In this document: positions 9,189 through 17,872 of the stretch, piece after piece
Numbering within the stretch: the stretch's first letter is position 1
How the letters are laid out: every line of letters begins with the position of its first letter
Assembly (NCBI GenBank): GCA_013416795.1
Contig: RQSC01000399.1
Span: 17,213 to 50,348 of the forward strand
Origin: Prasinococcaceae sp. CCMP 1430
Lineage: Eukaryota > Plantae > Prasinodermophyta
Direction: 5' to 3'
DNA: 33,136 nucleotides
Notes under the pieces: model-generated
Databases searched by the model: none
What the model was told of the DNA's origin: nothing
What the model saw: the letters and a program-made list of their open reading frames with translations, nothing else
Made by a program: the position numbers and the translations under genes

Positions 9189-9540
9189 CGCGCGCGCGCG
9201 CGCGGAGCACGCTCGTGGGTGTCAGCCACGCCGCCCCTCCCGCATGCGCTGCGGCCCGCATCTGCGCCGATGGGCACATTTACGGTTTACGTGGGAGCGC
9301 ACACACGTCTTAGTCATGGGCACGCACCTCGTCGAGCGTGGCGGCACCCATCCAGTCCACCTCGTCGCCGGCCGCCGGCACGTCGCCCGCGCCCACGCGC
9401 TTCGCGAGCGCGCCCGGCGCGCCCGGCGCGAGAGCGAGTGCCAGCGCCAGCGCCAGCGCCGGCGCCAGCGNCACTGTTCCTCCGGCGAGGAACACATTGT
9501 TCCTCCGGCGAGGAACACATTGTTCCTCCGGGAATTTCAT
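6118..9540 (-). CDS. Secreted DOMON + copper type II ascorbate-dependent monooxygenase (DBH/MOXD1-like) with Cys-rich repeat, second DOMON-like region and Lys-rich tail (exons 9540-9328, 9081-6118)
   Basis: Signal-peptide-like LALALALALAPGAPGALA; DOMON TGWIALGASPNGAMGGADITVAW; copper ligands RVHHMLLF, EWHYDN, ALHTHT, SDEMC intact. Intron 9327-9082 is GT-AG, phase 0. The start is uncertain because of the N at 9471 and the adjacent repeat. Confidence 0.88.
6241..6397 (-). repeat. 9-bp coding minisatellite (plus-strand CTTCTTGG[ACT]) encoding [AST]KK tripeptides
   Basis: About 14 degenerate 9-bp units inside the monooxygenase C-terminus. Confidence 0.9.
9475..9531. repeat. 2.5 tandem copies of a 23-bp unit TGTTCCTCCGGCGAGGAACACAT containing a perfect 8-bp hairpin
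   Basis: Copies at 9475-9497, 9498-9520 and 9521-9531; stem TGTTCCTC/GAGGAACA with loop CGGC; adjacent to the N at 9471. Confidence 0.95.
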
Positions 9541-9896
9541 TTGAGGACGAACGCGCGTTCACAAAGTGGCGCCCTCTTGAAATGATACGCATCCGTCTGT
9601 CATCGAGGCCACGGGAGACTACTCCGAGCCCAAATCTTGTCGCTTACGTGGATTTTTGATCAAAATCCGTTACGACTCGTCGCGACAGGGTGCACGCGCG
9701 GAACGTCCAGCACCATCAAAACGCGTGACTGCGACGCCGATTGCGCGCGCGCCGTTCCCCGAGCGCGCGCGCGCGCGCGCGGACGCCAGGGGGCGAGGGG
9801 GAAGGGACGCAGCGAGGCCGAAGGGGCCGGCGGCGGAGGCGCGAGCGCGGCTCAAGGCGCTGGGATGGCGCAGGTGCTCGCGTTCGACGATGGCGA

Positions 9897-10078
9897 GGTG
9901 CTGAGCAGTGGGGGCGACGACGAGCGCGCGCGCGCGCGCGCGGTGCTGAGCAGTGGAGGCGACGACGAGCGCGCGCGCGCGCGGTGCTGAGCAGCGGAGG
10001 CGACGACGAGCGCGCGCGCGCGCGGTGCTGAGCAGTGGAGGAGGCGACGACGAGCGCGCGCGCGCGCGCGCGGTGCTC
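9897..10078 (+). repeat. Minisatellite: 4 units of 45/41/41/48 bp (GGTGCTGAGCAG[TC]GG[AG]GGCGACGACGA(GC)n)
   Basis: Units start at 9897, 9942, 9983 and 10024, with a partial unit at 10072. Length varies mainly through the (GC)n tract. Confidence 0.95.
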
Positions 10079-10441
10079 GGTGAACTCTCGCGGGAGCAGA
10101 TACACCTTCGAGACGGCGCCCCCACTAGCCAAAATGCCCAACCACGAGTACACTGTAAATACAGTACCCCTAAATTCAAAATAAATTCTTTTACAGTACT
10201 GTACATTTGTACTGTAGGATTTGTCACACCTTGACCCGAAGTCATCTTCATCAAATCGAATGAAAGTTAGAAAAGGGTCTACGATAAAAAACGGCCAACT
10301 TTTCCCGTGCATTTTGACGTAGTTAGTTTTTCGAACAGAGGGATGGTACTGTACATTCTTCTGCGATGCGTCACTCCTGATGTGTTTAGGTTGGGGGTAT
10401 GGCCGAACCGCAGCTCGAGGTCGGCGAGAAGGCCGGTGCGC

Positions 10442-10603
10442 GCACACCGCGGCTGGCTGCCGTCCGCGCCGGGAGGAGGCGACGCGCTGCGCCGTGCGGA
10501 CGTCAAAGACGCGCACGGCGGTGCCCTTCGAGCTGGCCATCGCCGGCGGCGCAGCCGACGCGTCTGCTGCGAACGCGAGCGCCGACTCCCGCGACGTGTG
10601 CGC
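10442..10603 (-). pseudogene. Orphan ATG18/WIPI (PROPPIN)-like WD40 gene fragment
   Basis: AHTSRESALAFAADAS...ASSKGTAVRVFDV...SSRRG aligns by eye to the PROPPIN AH.S...LAF...G..LATAS.KGT.IRVF.......FRRG segment. It has no ATG, no flanking PROPPIN exons and a degraded FRRG. Confidence 0.6.
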
Positions 10604-10870
10604 GTGCGCCTCGCCGGGCACCTCGAGCCGTTCAGTGTCATCATGTACGGAACGGAGCGGTGGTACACTGCTGCCCCAAGTCCGGGCTGCGTGACGTCAT
10701 TAGCGGCGACTTCGACCTGAGCTCGCTGAACACGACGACCATCAAGGACTCGTTCGTGTGCCACTACAAGTACCAGCACTGCTTGGAGGAGGGGACGTGC
10801 GACGGCGAGCTGGAAGGCGAGGAGAGGTACGATGTACTGTACCATCCGGATGGTACGGGGGTGCCGCATG

Positions 10871-10900
10871 TTTAGGGTTTGTTTTATTTTAGGGTTCGCG
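10871..10900 (+). promoter_or_regulatory. Telo-box-like motifs (TTTAGGGTTT, TTTTAGGGTTCGCG) upstream of PRP28
   Basis: They match the plant telo-box AAACCCTA reverse complement. The 14-mer TTTTAGGGTTCGCG recurs identically at 26244-26257. Confidence 0.55.
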
Positions 10901-11112
10901 CCGTGTTAGGTCGGCCGGGGATCTCGCGCCGCCACAACGCGCGCGCGGGGAGGGGCGGCGCGGCCTCCCTCGCCACCGCACCCCCCCCGGGCCCCCCCTC
11001 TCTGCCCGTCTCTCTCTGTCTCGCGCGCGCGCACGCGATCGACGAGGGCGGCCGCGCGTGTGTGGCGGGGTGGGCGTTGGATCGGGTGGGGCGGGGGACT
11101 TGGGAGGGGAGG

Positions 11113-13539
11113 ATGTCGCGGCGCGACGACCGCGGGTACGAGCGCGAGCGCAGGTACGAGCGCGAGCGCGGGGGGTACGAGCGCGAGCGCGGGTACGAGC
11201 GCGAGCGCGGGGGGTACGAGCGCGAGCGCGGGTACGAGCGCGGGTACGACGACCGCGGGCATGACAGGGGCCAGGGCCGCGGTGGGTACGATCGCGGCGG
11301 CGGCGGCGGGTACGGCCACGGGTGGCGCGACGAGCGTGGCCGCCAACAGGACAACCGCGGCCCGCCGCGCGGCGACTGGAGGCGCGACCGGCAGCGCTCA
11401 CCCCCTCGCTCGTCTTCGCAGCCCGGCAGGGGCGCCTCGAGGGGCGCGCCGGCCACCGCGGCGCCGGCGCCGGTGGCCGCACCCCCGCGCAATCCTCTGT
11501 ACGAGTCGACGTCGGCGCCGGTGAGCGCCCACAACGCTGCGGACGAGGATGCCGTCGCGGCTGCTCGACCCTCCGCGGGCGCGGTCAAGGGCTCCGCCGA
11601 ACCGCTCTCACTGGAGGCGATGCTCGACCGGCGGCGCGCCGCAGCCGAGGCCGAGGCGCGGCCCGTCTTTCTGTCGAAGGCCGAGCGCACCAGGCTCGCG
11701 CTGGAACGGCGCCGCGCCGAGGTCGATGCGCGCCGCGCCGAGGCCGACGCCGCAGCCGCGCCGCGCGCATCGGCGGCCGCGGCGCCCACCGCCGACCCCG
11801 GCGTCGTCGACCGCCAGCGACAGAAGGAGCTCGACGACATCAAGCGACAGTACCTGGAAGACCGCACGCTCACCAATCGCGGCATCCGCCAGCGCGAGGC
11901 CGACATCGCGCGCGGCCACAAGAAGAGCCGGTTCATGTTCGACTGGGACGCGTCGGAGGACACCGCCGTGGGTGCGAATCCCCAGCTGCGCGAGCTGCAC
12001 GGGCGCGGCCCGAGCCTCATGTTCGGGCGCGGCATGCTTGGGGGAGTTGATCGCATGGCGCAGCGTCAGGCCATGTCCGACGCCGCGCGCGCGCGCGGCA
12101 GCGGCGCGGGCGGTCCCGCGCGCGGACGGGAAGGCGCGCCGGCGCGCGCGCTCGACCGGTACGAGTCGCGCGTCGCCACGCACTGGTCGAGCAAGGCGCT
12201 CGAGGACATGACCCAGCGCGACTGGCGCATCTTTAAGGAGGACTTCAGCATCAGCACCAAGGGCGGGCGCGTGCCCAACCCGATACGCAGCTGGGCGGAG
12301 AGCGGGCTCAGCGACCCCATCAAGCAGGCGATCGCCAAGGTGGGCTACGAGAAGCCGAGCCCCATCCAGATGGCTGCCATCCCGCTGGGCCTCAAGCAGC
12401 GCGACGTCATTGGCGTGGCGCAAACGGGGTCGGGCAAGACATGCGCGTTTGCGCTGCCGATGCTCGAGTACATCATGCGCATGCCGCCGATGAACACGGA
12501 GGCAATCGAAGCGGAAGGGCCGTACTCGCTGGTGATGGCGCCCACGCGCGAGCTCGCGCAGCAGATCGAAGAGGAGACGGTCAAGTTCGCTGCGTTCCTG
12601 AATCTGCGCGTGGTGTCTGTGGTCGGTGGCATATCCATCGAGGAGCAAGGCTTCAAGCTACGCAAGGGCTGCGAGATAGTCATCGCCACTCCGGGGCGCA
12701 TGGCGGACTGCTTGGAGCGCCAGTACGCGGTGCTGAACCAGTGCAACTATGTCGTCCTCGACGAGGCCGATCGCATGCTCGACATGGGCTTCGAGCCGCA
12801 GGTGAAGGCTGTGCTCGACCGCATGCCGAGCTCCAACCTCAAACCAGTGGACGAAGATGCCGAGCTGGACGCGGACAAAGTGTATCGTGTCACGTACATG
12901 TTCAGTGCGACCATGCCTCCCGCAGTGGAGCGCCTCGCACGCGACTACATGCGCTCGCCAGCGGTGGTCACGGTGGGCACTGCTGGCAAGGCCGCCGACA
13001 CCGTCACGCAGCACGTCCTTATGCTCAAGCAGCACGAGAAGGAGGCCAAGCTCGGCGAGATCCTGTCTGGCATGGGCGAGGACCAGAAGATCATCGTTTT
13101 CTGCAACACGCGCGTGAGCTGCGAACACGTCGCCAAGCAGCTCAAGGCGGAGGGATACGACCCCGCCAGCCTGCACGGCTCCAAGAACCAACAGCAGCGC
13201 GACGAGGCGCTGCAGGCCTTCAAGAGCGGCCGCCAACCCGTTCTGGTGTCGACCAATGTCGCGGGGCGTGGCATTGACGTGCCCGACGTGGCGCACGTCA
13301 TCAACTACGACATGGCAGGCTCCGTCGAGGATCACACGCACCGCATCGGCCGCACGGGCCGTGCAGGCAAGTCTGGCGTCGCCACCACGTTCCTTACCAA
13401 CTCAGACTCGAAGGTCTTCTTTGACCTTGTGGCTTTCATGCGCGCGGCGAACCAGGAGATCCCCAGCGCGCTTGCCAACCACCCAGCAGCGAAGAGGGAC
13501 CCGAATGAGACCGACAAGGGCATGCGCGAGATCATCTGA
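11113..13539 (+). CDS. PRP28: Pre-mRNA splicing DEAD-box helicase PRP28/DDX23 (intronless, 808 aa)
   Basis: RE/RD-rich N-terminus; [85 protein letters not shown] at 11113. Confidence 0.95.
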   Translation: MSRRDDRGYERERRYERERGGYERERGYERERGGYERERGYERGYDDRGHDRGQGRGGYDRGGGGGYGHGWRDERGRQQDNRGPPRGDWRRDRQRSPPRSSSQPGRGASRGAPATAAPAPVAAPPRNPLYESTSAPVSAHNAADEDAVAAARPSAGAVKGSAEPLSLEAMLDRRRAAAEAEARPVFLSKAERTRLALERRRAEVDARRAEADAAAAPRASAAAAPTADPGVVDRQRQKELDDIKRQYLEDRTLTNRGIRQREADIARGHKKSRFMFDWDASEDTAVGANPQLRELHGRGPSLMFGRGMLGGVDRMAQRQAMSDAARARGSGAGGPARGREGAPARALDRYESRVATHWSSKALEDMTQRDWRIFKEDFSISTKGGRVPNPIRSWAESGLSDPIKQAIAKVGYEKPSPIQMAAIPLGLKQRDVIGVAQTGSGKTCAFALPMLEYIMRMPPMNTEAIEAEGPYSLVMAPTRELAQQIEEETVKFAAFLNLRVVSVVGGISIEEQGFKLRKGCEIVIATPGRMADCLERQYAVLNQCNYVVLDEADRMLDMGFEPQVKAVLDRMPSSNLKPVDEDAELDADKVYRVTYMFSATMPPAVERLARDYMRSPAVVTVGTAGKAADTVTQHVLMLKQHEKEAKLGEILSGMGEDQKIIVFCNTRVSCEHVAKQLKAEGYDPASLHGSKNQQQRDEALQAFKSGRQPVLVSTNVAGRGIDVPDVAHVINYDMAGSVEDHTHRIGRTGRAGKSGVATTFLTNSDSKVFFDLVAFMRAANQEIPSALANHPAAKRDPNETDKGMREII

Positions 13540-13594
13540 GCGACTGACGGCGGGGCGCGCTCGTGCGTGAGCGGGCGGGCGCGTTTGGAGTGGG

Positions 13595-13599
13595 TGTAA
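13595..13599 (+). terminator. TGTAA polyadenylation signal of PRP28
   Basis: 55 nt after the stop. Confidence 0.6.
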
Positions 13600-13627
13600 T
13601 TATCATTATATGCAAGCGGAAGATTAG

Positions 13628-16600
13628 TCACCCTTGGGCGCCCTGCGCCTCCGCGAGCTCCCCGTGGAGGATCCTGCGTTGCCTTTGCTCCCGCTCGGTC
13701 GCTGAGAGCCTTCGCGCCGCCCGCTCGTCCCCACCGAGCGGTGCGCGCCACCAGACGATGCGCTGCGGCCCGCCTGCACGGCCGCCTTGAGGCGATGCGC
13801 GGCACCCGACGCGGCTCCCGAGCCCCTGCGCGCAGAGCTGTCGCACTGCGCATTCGCGTTCGCGCCCGCATGCGAGCCGCCGGCGCTGCCCGACAGCGCT
13901 CCCGTCGGAGCGGATGCTGCGGCAGAGAGCGACGCGAGTCGAGACAGAGAGGGGTCGTCGAGCTGCCGCGCGTTTCTCTTTGGAGGGCTTGCCGCCAGAA
14001 GCGTTCGAAGAGCGGCCGCGGCGCTTTCGCCTTCCACCGCCTCGGCTGGTCTTCGAATGACCGGACGCGCCGTTGTTGGTGTCGCTGCCGCTGCTCCCCA
14101 GATCCGAGTCGTCGCCGGTGTCCTCGCCACCGATACCCGCAGCCTCTGCGCCCACCAGGGCAGCCAGGGCAGCCCCCCCAACCGGCGAGACGTCCGAGGT
14201 GGGTGCGTCCGGGAAGGCATGCGCTCCGACCTCAAAGGTCCGGGGCGCATAAAAGATCCCGAGGTCGCGCATCACGCTGTTCACGGCCACCTGGTCGGGA
14301 TTGCAATACGCGAGCAGAGCCTCGCAGAACGAGCGTCCTAGCTCCTCGAGGTGGCGCGCGCTGAAGTGATATCCGGCCATCGCGCCCTTTGTCGATCCCG
14401 CAAACGACGCCTCGACGGTGAACGAGTTCACAAGGCCGTACTCTCGGTACGACACCACGCGCGCGGTGCTCTCCTTCGAACGTTGCACCTTGAACGAGCA
14501 GTCCTCGAGCGAAAAGAGCTCGGGCGCCGCGCGAGCCAGGAGAGCCGGGAAGATGCGCTCATGCAGGCGTGCCGATGCTGGCGGCGCACCCCGACCGGAC
14601 GGGCTGGGCGCCTGTGCGCTGCCCGCGCTGGGCACCTTGTTCTCGCAGCCGTACATGAAGATGTTTTTCTTGCGCGAGTGGCCATGGAAGTCAGCATACA
14701 TGAGCACGGGACGGTCCTCCATGAGGCGACGCATCATCACTTTTGTGTGGTATATGGGGGGGTGCAGCTTGCGCGAGGGATCCAGCCAAGCGCGGTTTAG
14801 GTCCACGCCAGCCAGCGAGCAGCGATAGTTGCCATTGATGACGCCGTCGGGGTTGAGCATGGGAATGACCTTGAAGACGAACTTGTCGCGCAACAGCCGT
14901 GCCTCGAGCGAGTCACCCAGTAGGAAGTCCATCGCGCCCTTGACCATCCAGCTGGCGTTGGTCTCGCCGGGGTGGACGCGGCCGCTCAGGACGATGCCTC
15001 GCCGCGCGCGCAGGTCTTCCGGATCGCAGCCGAAGCTCGTGATGGTGAGCATGTCGACGGGGTTGCCCGCGAGCGTCGTGCACAGCACGCGCCGTCGGCA
15101 CCGCGCGGCGTTGCGCGGGTCCTCCGACACGGCCTTCAGATAGCGCTGCAAGTCTGTGAATGTGTACGGGTAGCAATGCGCGAGATACACCGTGTCATCA
15201 TCATGAGGCACCTCAATGGTCATGGTAAGCGTGTAGTAATGCTGTGACGATCGCCGCTTGATGGCGTTCTGGTAGTAGCAGATGGAGTCGCCCGCGCGCC
15301 GCCACGATGCGCCCGTCGCTCGGGCCTCGCGCTCCGAGTACATCACCGGCTGCATCCCCTGTTGGTACAGAGACTCGGGCTTGACCAGGTTGATGATGTT
15401 GAGCTTGTAGCGCACGCCCTTGCGCGCATTGCGCACGGCGAAGTAGAACCACTGCGTGTGCCCGCGCGTGTTGATGTCGGGCCGCAGGATCAGGTCGTAC
15501 TCGGTCTCATACACTTGGATGGCGCGCCGCAGGTTGCCAGACTCGAATCGAGACTCGAAGACGAGGGTGGTGTCCGCCTCGTCCAGCGGCTCGTAGTACG
15601 GAGGCAGCATGCCCGTCGGCAGCGCCTCGTGAGTCATGAAGCGATTTGGCGGCGAGGCAGGCGCGCAGTCGCCCGCGCCGGAAGCCCTGTCTCCCGCTCC
15701 CGGGGCGGCGTCCGCGTTCGATGTCGCCCGGCGCGGGCGATTCATGTTGGCCGGCGGCGCGAGCACAGTCGCGTGCACGCCGCCGAGCACGCTGCGCACA
15801 TCCGGGGCGGCGGTGTGCGTGGGAGCGCGCGAGCGCGAGCACGCCGGCCCGGGAGCGCCGGGATCCGGCCGGACGTCGGCGCCGGCGCCGCCAGAGCCGC
15901 CCAAAGGGCCCTCTGCCGCGCAAAGGGCCCTCTGCCGCGTCCGCGGGGCCTCGCTCGCCGCCGGCGCTAGTCCCGGCCCCCGGTGTGCTGGCTGCCTCCG
16001 CGGGTCTGTGCGAGCACTCGCCGCCTGGCGCCGGCGGCGGCTCTATCGAGTCGTACACGACGCGATTGAGCACGTCTGATGGGTTGGCGAGCCGCTCGAT
16101 GTCTTGCAGCGCCATCCGCGCGCGCAGGCGCTCGCGCTCGCGGCCCCCCGCGAGCATCGGCTCTGCGGGATCGAGCGCCGTCGCGTCCGCCGCGTCCGCG
16201 CCGGGCGGCCGCACGTGCGGCGGCGGCACGTGCGCCATCGGAAAGTTGGTGCCCGTGCGCGCCACCCAGATGCCCTCGGCGTTGACGTTGCCGGCGGCGA
16301 CGTCGGCCGCGCCGTAGCTGAAGCGCTCGTCGCCGAACAGCGGCGGCGGCGGCGGCAGCGACAGCATGCGCGCGGCGGCGCCCCCGCGCGCCGCGGAGCN
16401 GAAGAGCCGCGGGCTCACCGGCGGCTCCGCGGCGCCGACCGCCGCGCGCCGCTCCGCCATCGCCCTGCCGAAGGGCGTCAGCGCCGCGCTCGGCGCCGCC
16501 TCGGCCGAGTCGACCGCGACGCGGAGGAAGGAGGTGTGTGTGCGCACGGGCGGGGGCGCGGGCGCGTGGTTTGGTGTGTGTGCGTGTGTGTGCGTGTGCG

Positions 16601-17048
16601 CGTGTGCGTGTGTGGACGTTTGCTCCTGCTCGTGCGCGTCGCCGTCGGCGGCGCCCTCTGCGAGGGAGAGCTCGGCGAGGGCGGCGCCGCCGCTCGCGGC
16701 GAGCGCCTGCGCGTGCGCGGCCTGCGACGCCTGCGCCGCCAGCGCCGCCGCCGCCCCCGGCGCGCCGCTGCGCGCGAGCGCGAGCGCGTCAGCGCCGCGC
16801 GTGTGTGTACGCGGGCGTGTGTGTGTGTGTGTGTGTGTGTGTGCGAATGCGCGCGTGTGCGTGTGTGTGCGTGTGCGTGTGTGTGCGTGTGCGCGGGTGT
16901 GAGTGTGCGTGTGCGTGTTTGATTCGCGCACCCGCGGCTGGTGGGCGGGCGGGCGCGGGCGGGCGCACCTTGGTGGCTTTGGGAGCCCCGGCTGGCACGC
17001 GAGGGGGCGAGCGGGGGGCGCCCGCCCACCCATCGGCGTCGGCGCCAT
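13628..17048 (-). CDS. CCP1: Cytosolic carboxypeptidase CCP1/AGTPBP1 (Nna1)-like tubulin deglutamylase, M14; frameshifted as assembled (exons 17048-16969, 16767-13628)
   Basis: MALQDIERLANPSDVLNRVVYD, FESRFESGNL, HTQWFYF, RVHPGE (Zn), NPDGVINGNYR, DLNR, DFHGHS, FTVEASF. The two halves lie in different frames and are rejoined by removing one copy of the 19-bp duplication at 15902-15939. Intron 16968-16768 is phase 2 with a CTGAC branch. The start is tentative. Confidence 0.85.
15902..15939. repeat. Perfect 19-bp tandem duplication (CAAAGGGCCCTCTGCCGCG x2) within the CCP1 coding sequence
   Basis: Copies at 15902-15920 and 15921-15939, coinciding with the frame switch between ORFs 15507-17426 and 13628-15904. 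Confidence 0.95.
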
Positions 17049-17315
17049 CGCCGCCGTCGCCGCCTCCGCTGCCCAGCCGCTGCCCCACCGCCTCCATGGC
17101 GGGCGAGGCGCGCGCGCGCGCGCGCTCTCTGGCGCGCGCGCCCGCTGGGCGACCGGCCGCGTCCGGCGCGCCCGAAGCGCACACGCACACACGCACACGC
17201 ACACAGGCACACACACACAGGCACACACGCGTGCACACACGTGCGCACACACACACACACACGCAGGCGTGCACACACGCACACACGGGCGCTCACACAC
17301 GCGCGCGCACGCGTG

Positions 17316-17350
<35 letters not shown>

Positions 17351-17370
17351 GTGCACACACACGCACACAC

Positions 17371-17422
<52 letters not shown>

Positions 17423-17555
17423 GCACGCGCGCTCATGGGCACGCGCGCGCGCGCATCGGGGAACGCCCCCTCGGCGCCGCATTCGAATCCGGCCTCGAAC
17501 GCACCGCGCAATTCGAAGTGACCTCGAAGGCGCGAGCCGCCTTCGAAGTGACCTC

Positions 17556-17598
17556 ACCCAAACCCTCACACTCACCCTTAACCCTCAGCCCTTAGCCC
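17556..17598. repeat. Degenerate plant-telomere-like (CCCTAAA-like) array
   Basis: ACCCAAACCCTCACACTCACCCTTAACCCTCAGCCCTTAGCCC: about six CCCT/CCC units at 6-7 bp spacing. Confidence 0.55.
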
Positions 17599-17867
17599 GC
17601 CCGCGTCGCAGTGCGCGCACGCGTCGCGGTACGCGGCGCCGGCCTCGGCACAGGCCTGACCTCCGACCTCGCGACGGCGACGCGACGGCGAGAGCGCCAC
17701 CGGAGGACGCACGCGCGGGCCTTGGCGTCCCTTCGCCGCAAGGCGGAGCTGCGCGTAAGGCTTGAGCTGGCGGGGCCGGGCCGACGCGCAGCACCGCAAG
17801 CGGAAACGGCGACCGCCAGCAGGGGGGTGGCGGGCGTCGCGTCGGGGTACAAGAGTGTGTTCGTATC

Positions 17868-17872
17868 TTACA
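17868..17872 (-). terminator. TGTAA overlapping the stop codon of the U-box-WD40 gene
   Basis: GTG TAA; the signal includes the TAA stop. Confidence 0.4.

Noticed and set aside
9475-9531. Palindromic 23-bp repeats resembling CRISPR repeats
   Set aside because: They are directly adjacent with no spacers, there are only 2.5 copies, there are no cas genes, and the context is eukaryotic.
9897-10078. Repeat array as a CRISPR array
   Set aside because: The inter-repeat parts are only (GC)n of variable length, not unique spacers.
10314-10700. TGACGT (bZIP/CRE-like) motifs, also near 26054, 30447, 32778 and 33001
   Set aside because: A hexamer that is plausible as a promoter element but cannot be told from chance without genome-wide statistics.
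10839-10875. Helitron 3' end (palindrome followed by TTAG)
   Set aside because: The terminus is TTAG followed by G, not CTRR followed by T; the distance from the hairpin is long; and I found no matching 5' A|TC end. Kept only as a generic mosaic finding.
11125-11260. YERERG tandem repeats at the PRP28 N-terminus
   Set aside because: A charged RE/RS-like N-terminal region is normal for DDX23/PRP28.
13252-13278. PRP28 motif V reads STNVAGRG instead of ATDVAGRG
   Set aside because: Asn at this position occurs in active DEAD-box proteins such as Dbp5/DDX19, and all other motifs are intact.
13619-13650. GAAGATTAG followed by CCCTGCGC, reminiscent of U6 snRNA
   Set aside because: Only a 9-nt match; there is no ACAGAGA box or 5' stem, and it overlaps the CCP1 stop region.
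13624-14250. Second open frame overlapping the CCP1 C-terminus
   Set aside because: No ATG, no recognisable domain, and expected by chance at this GC content.
17556-17598. True telomere or chromosome end
   Set aside because: The array is short, degenerate and flanked by genes on both sides.
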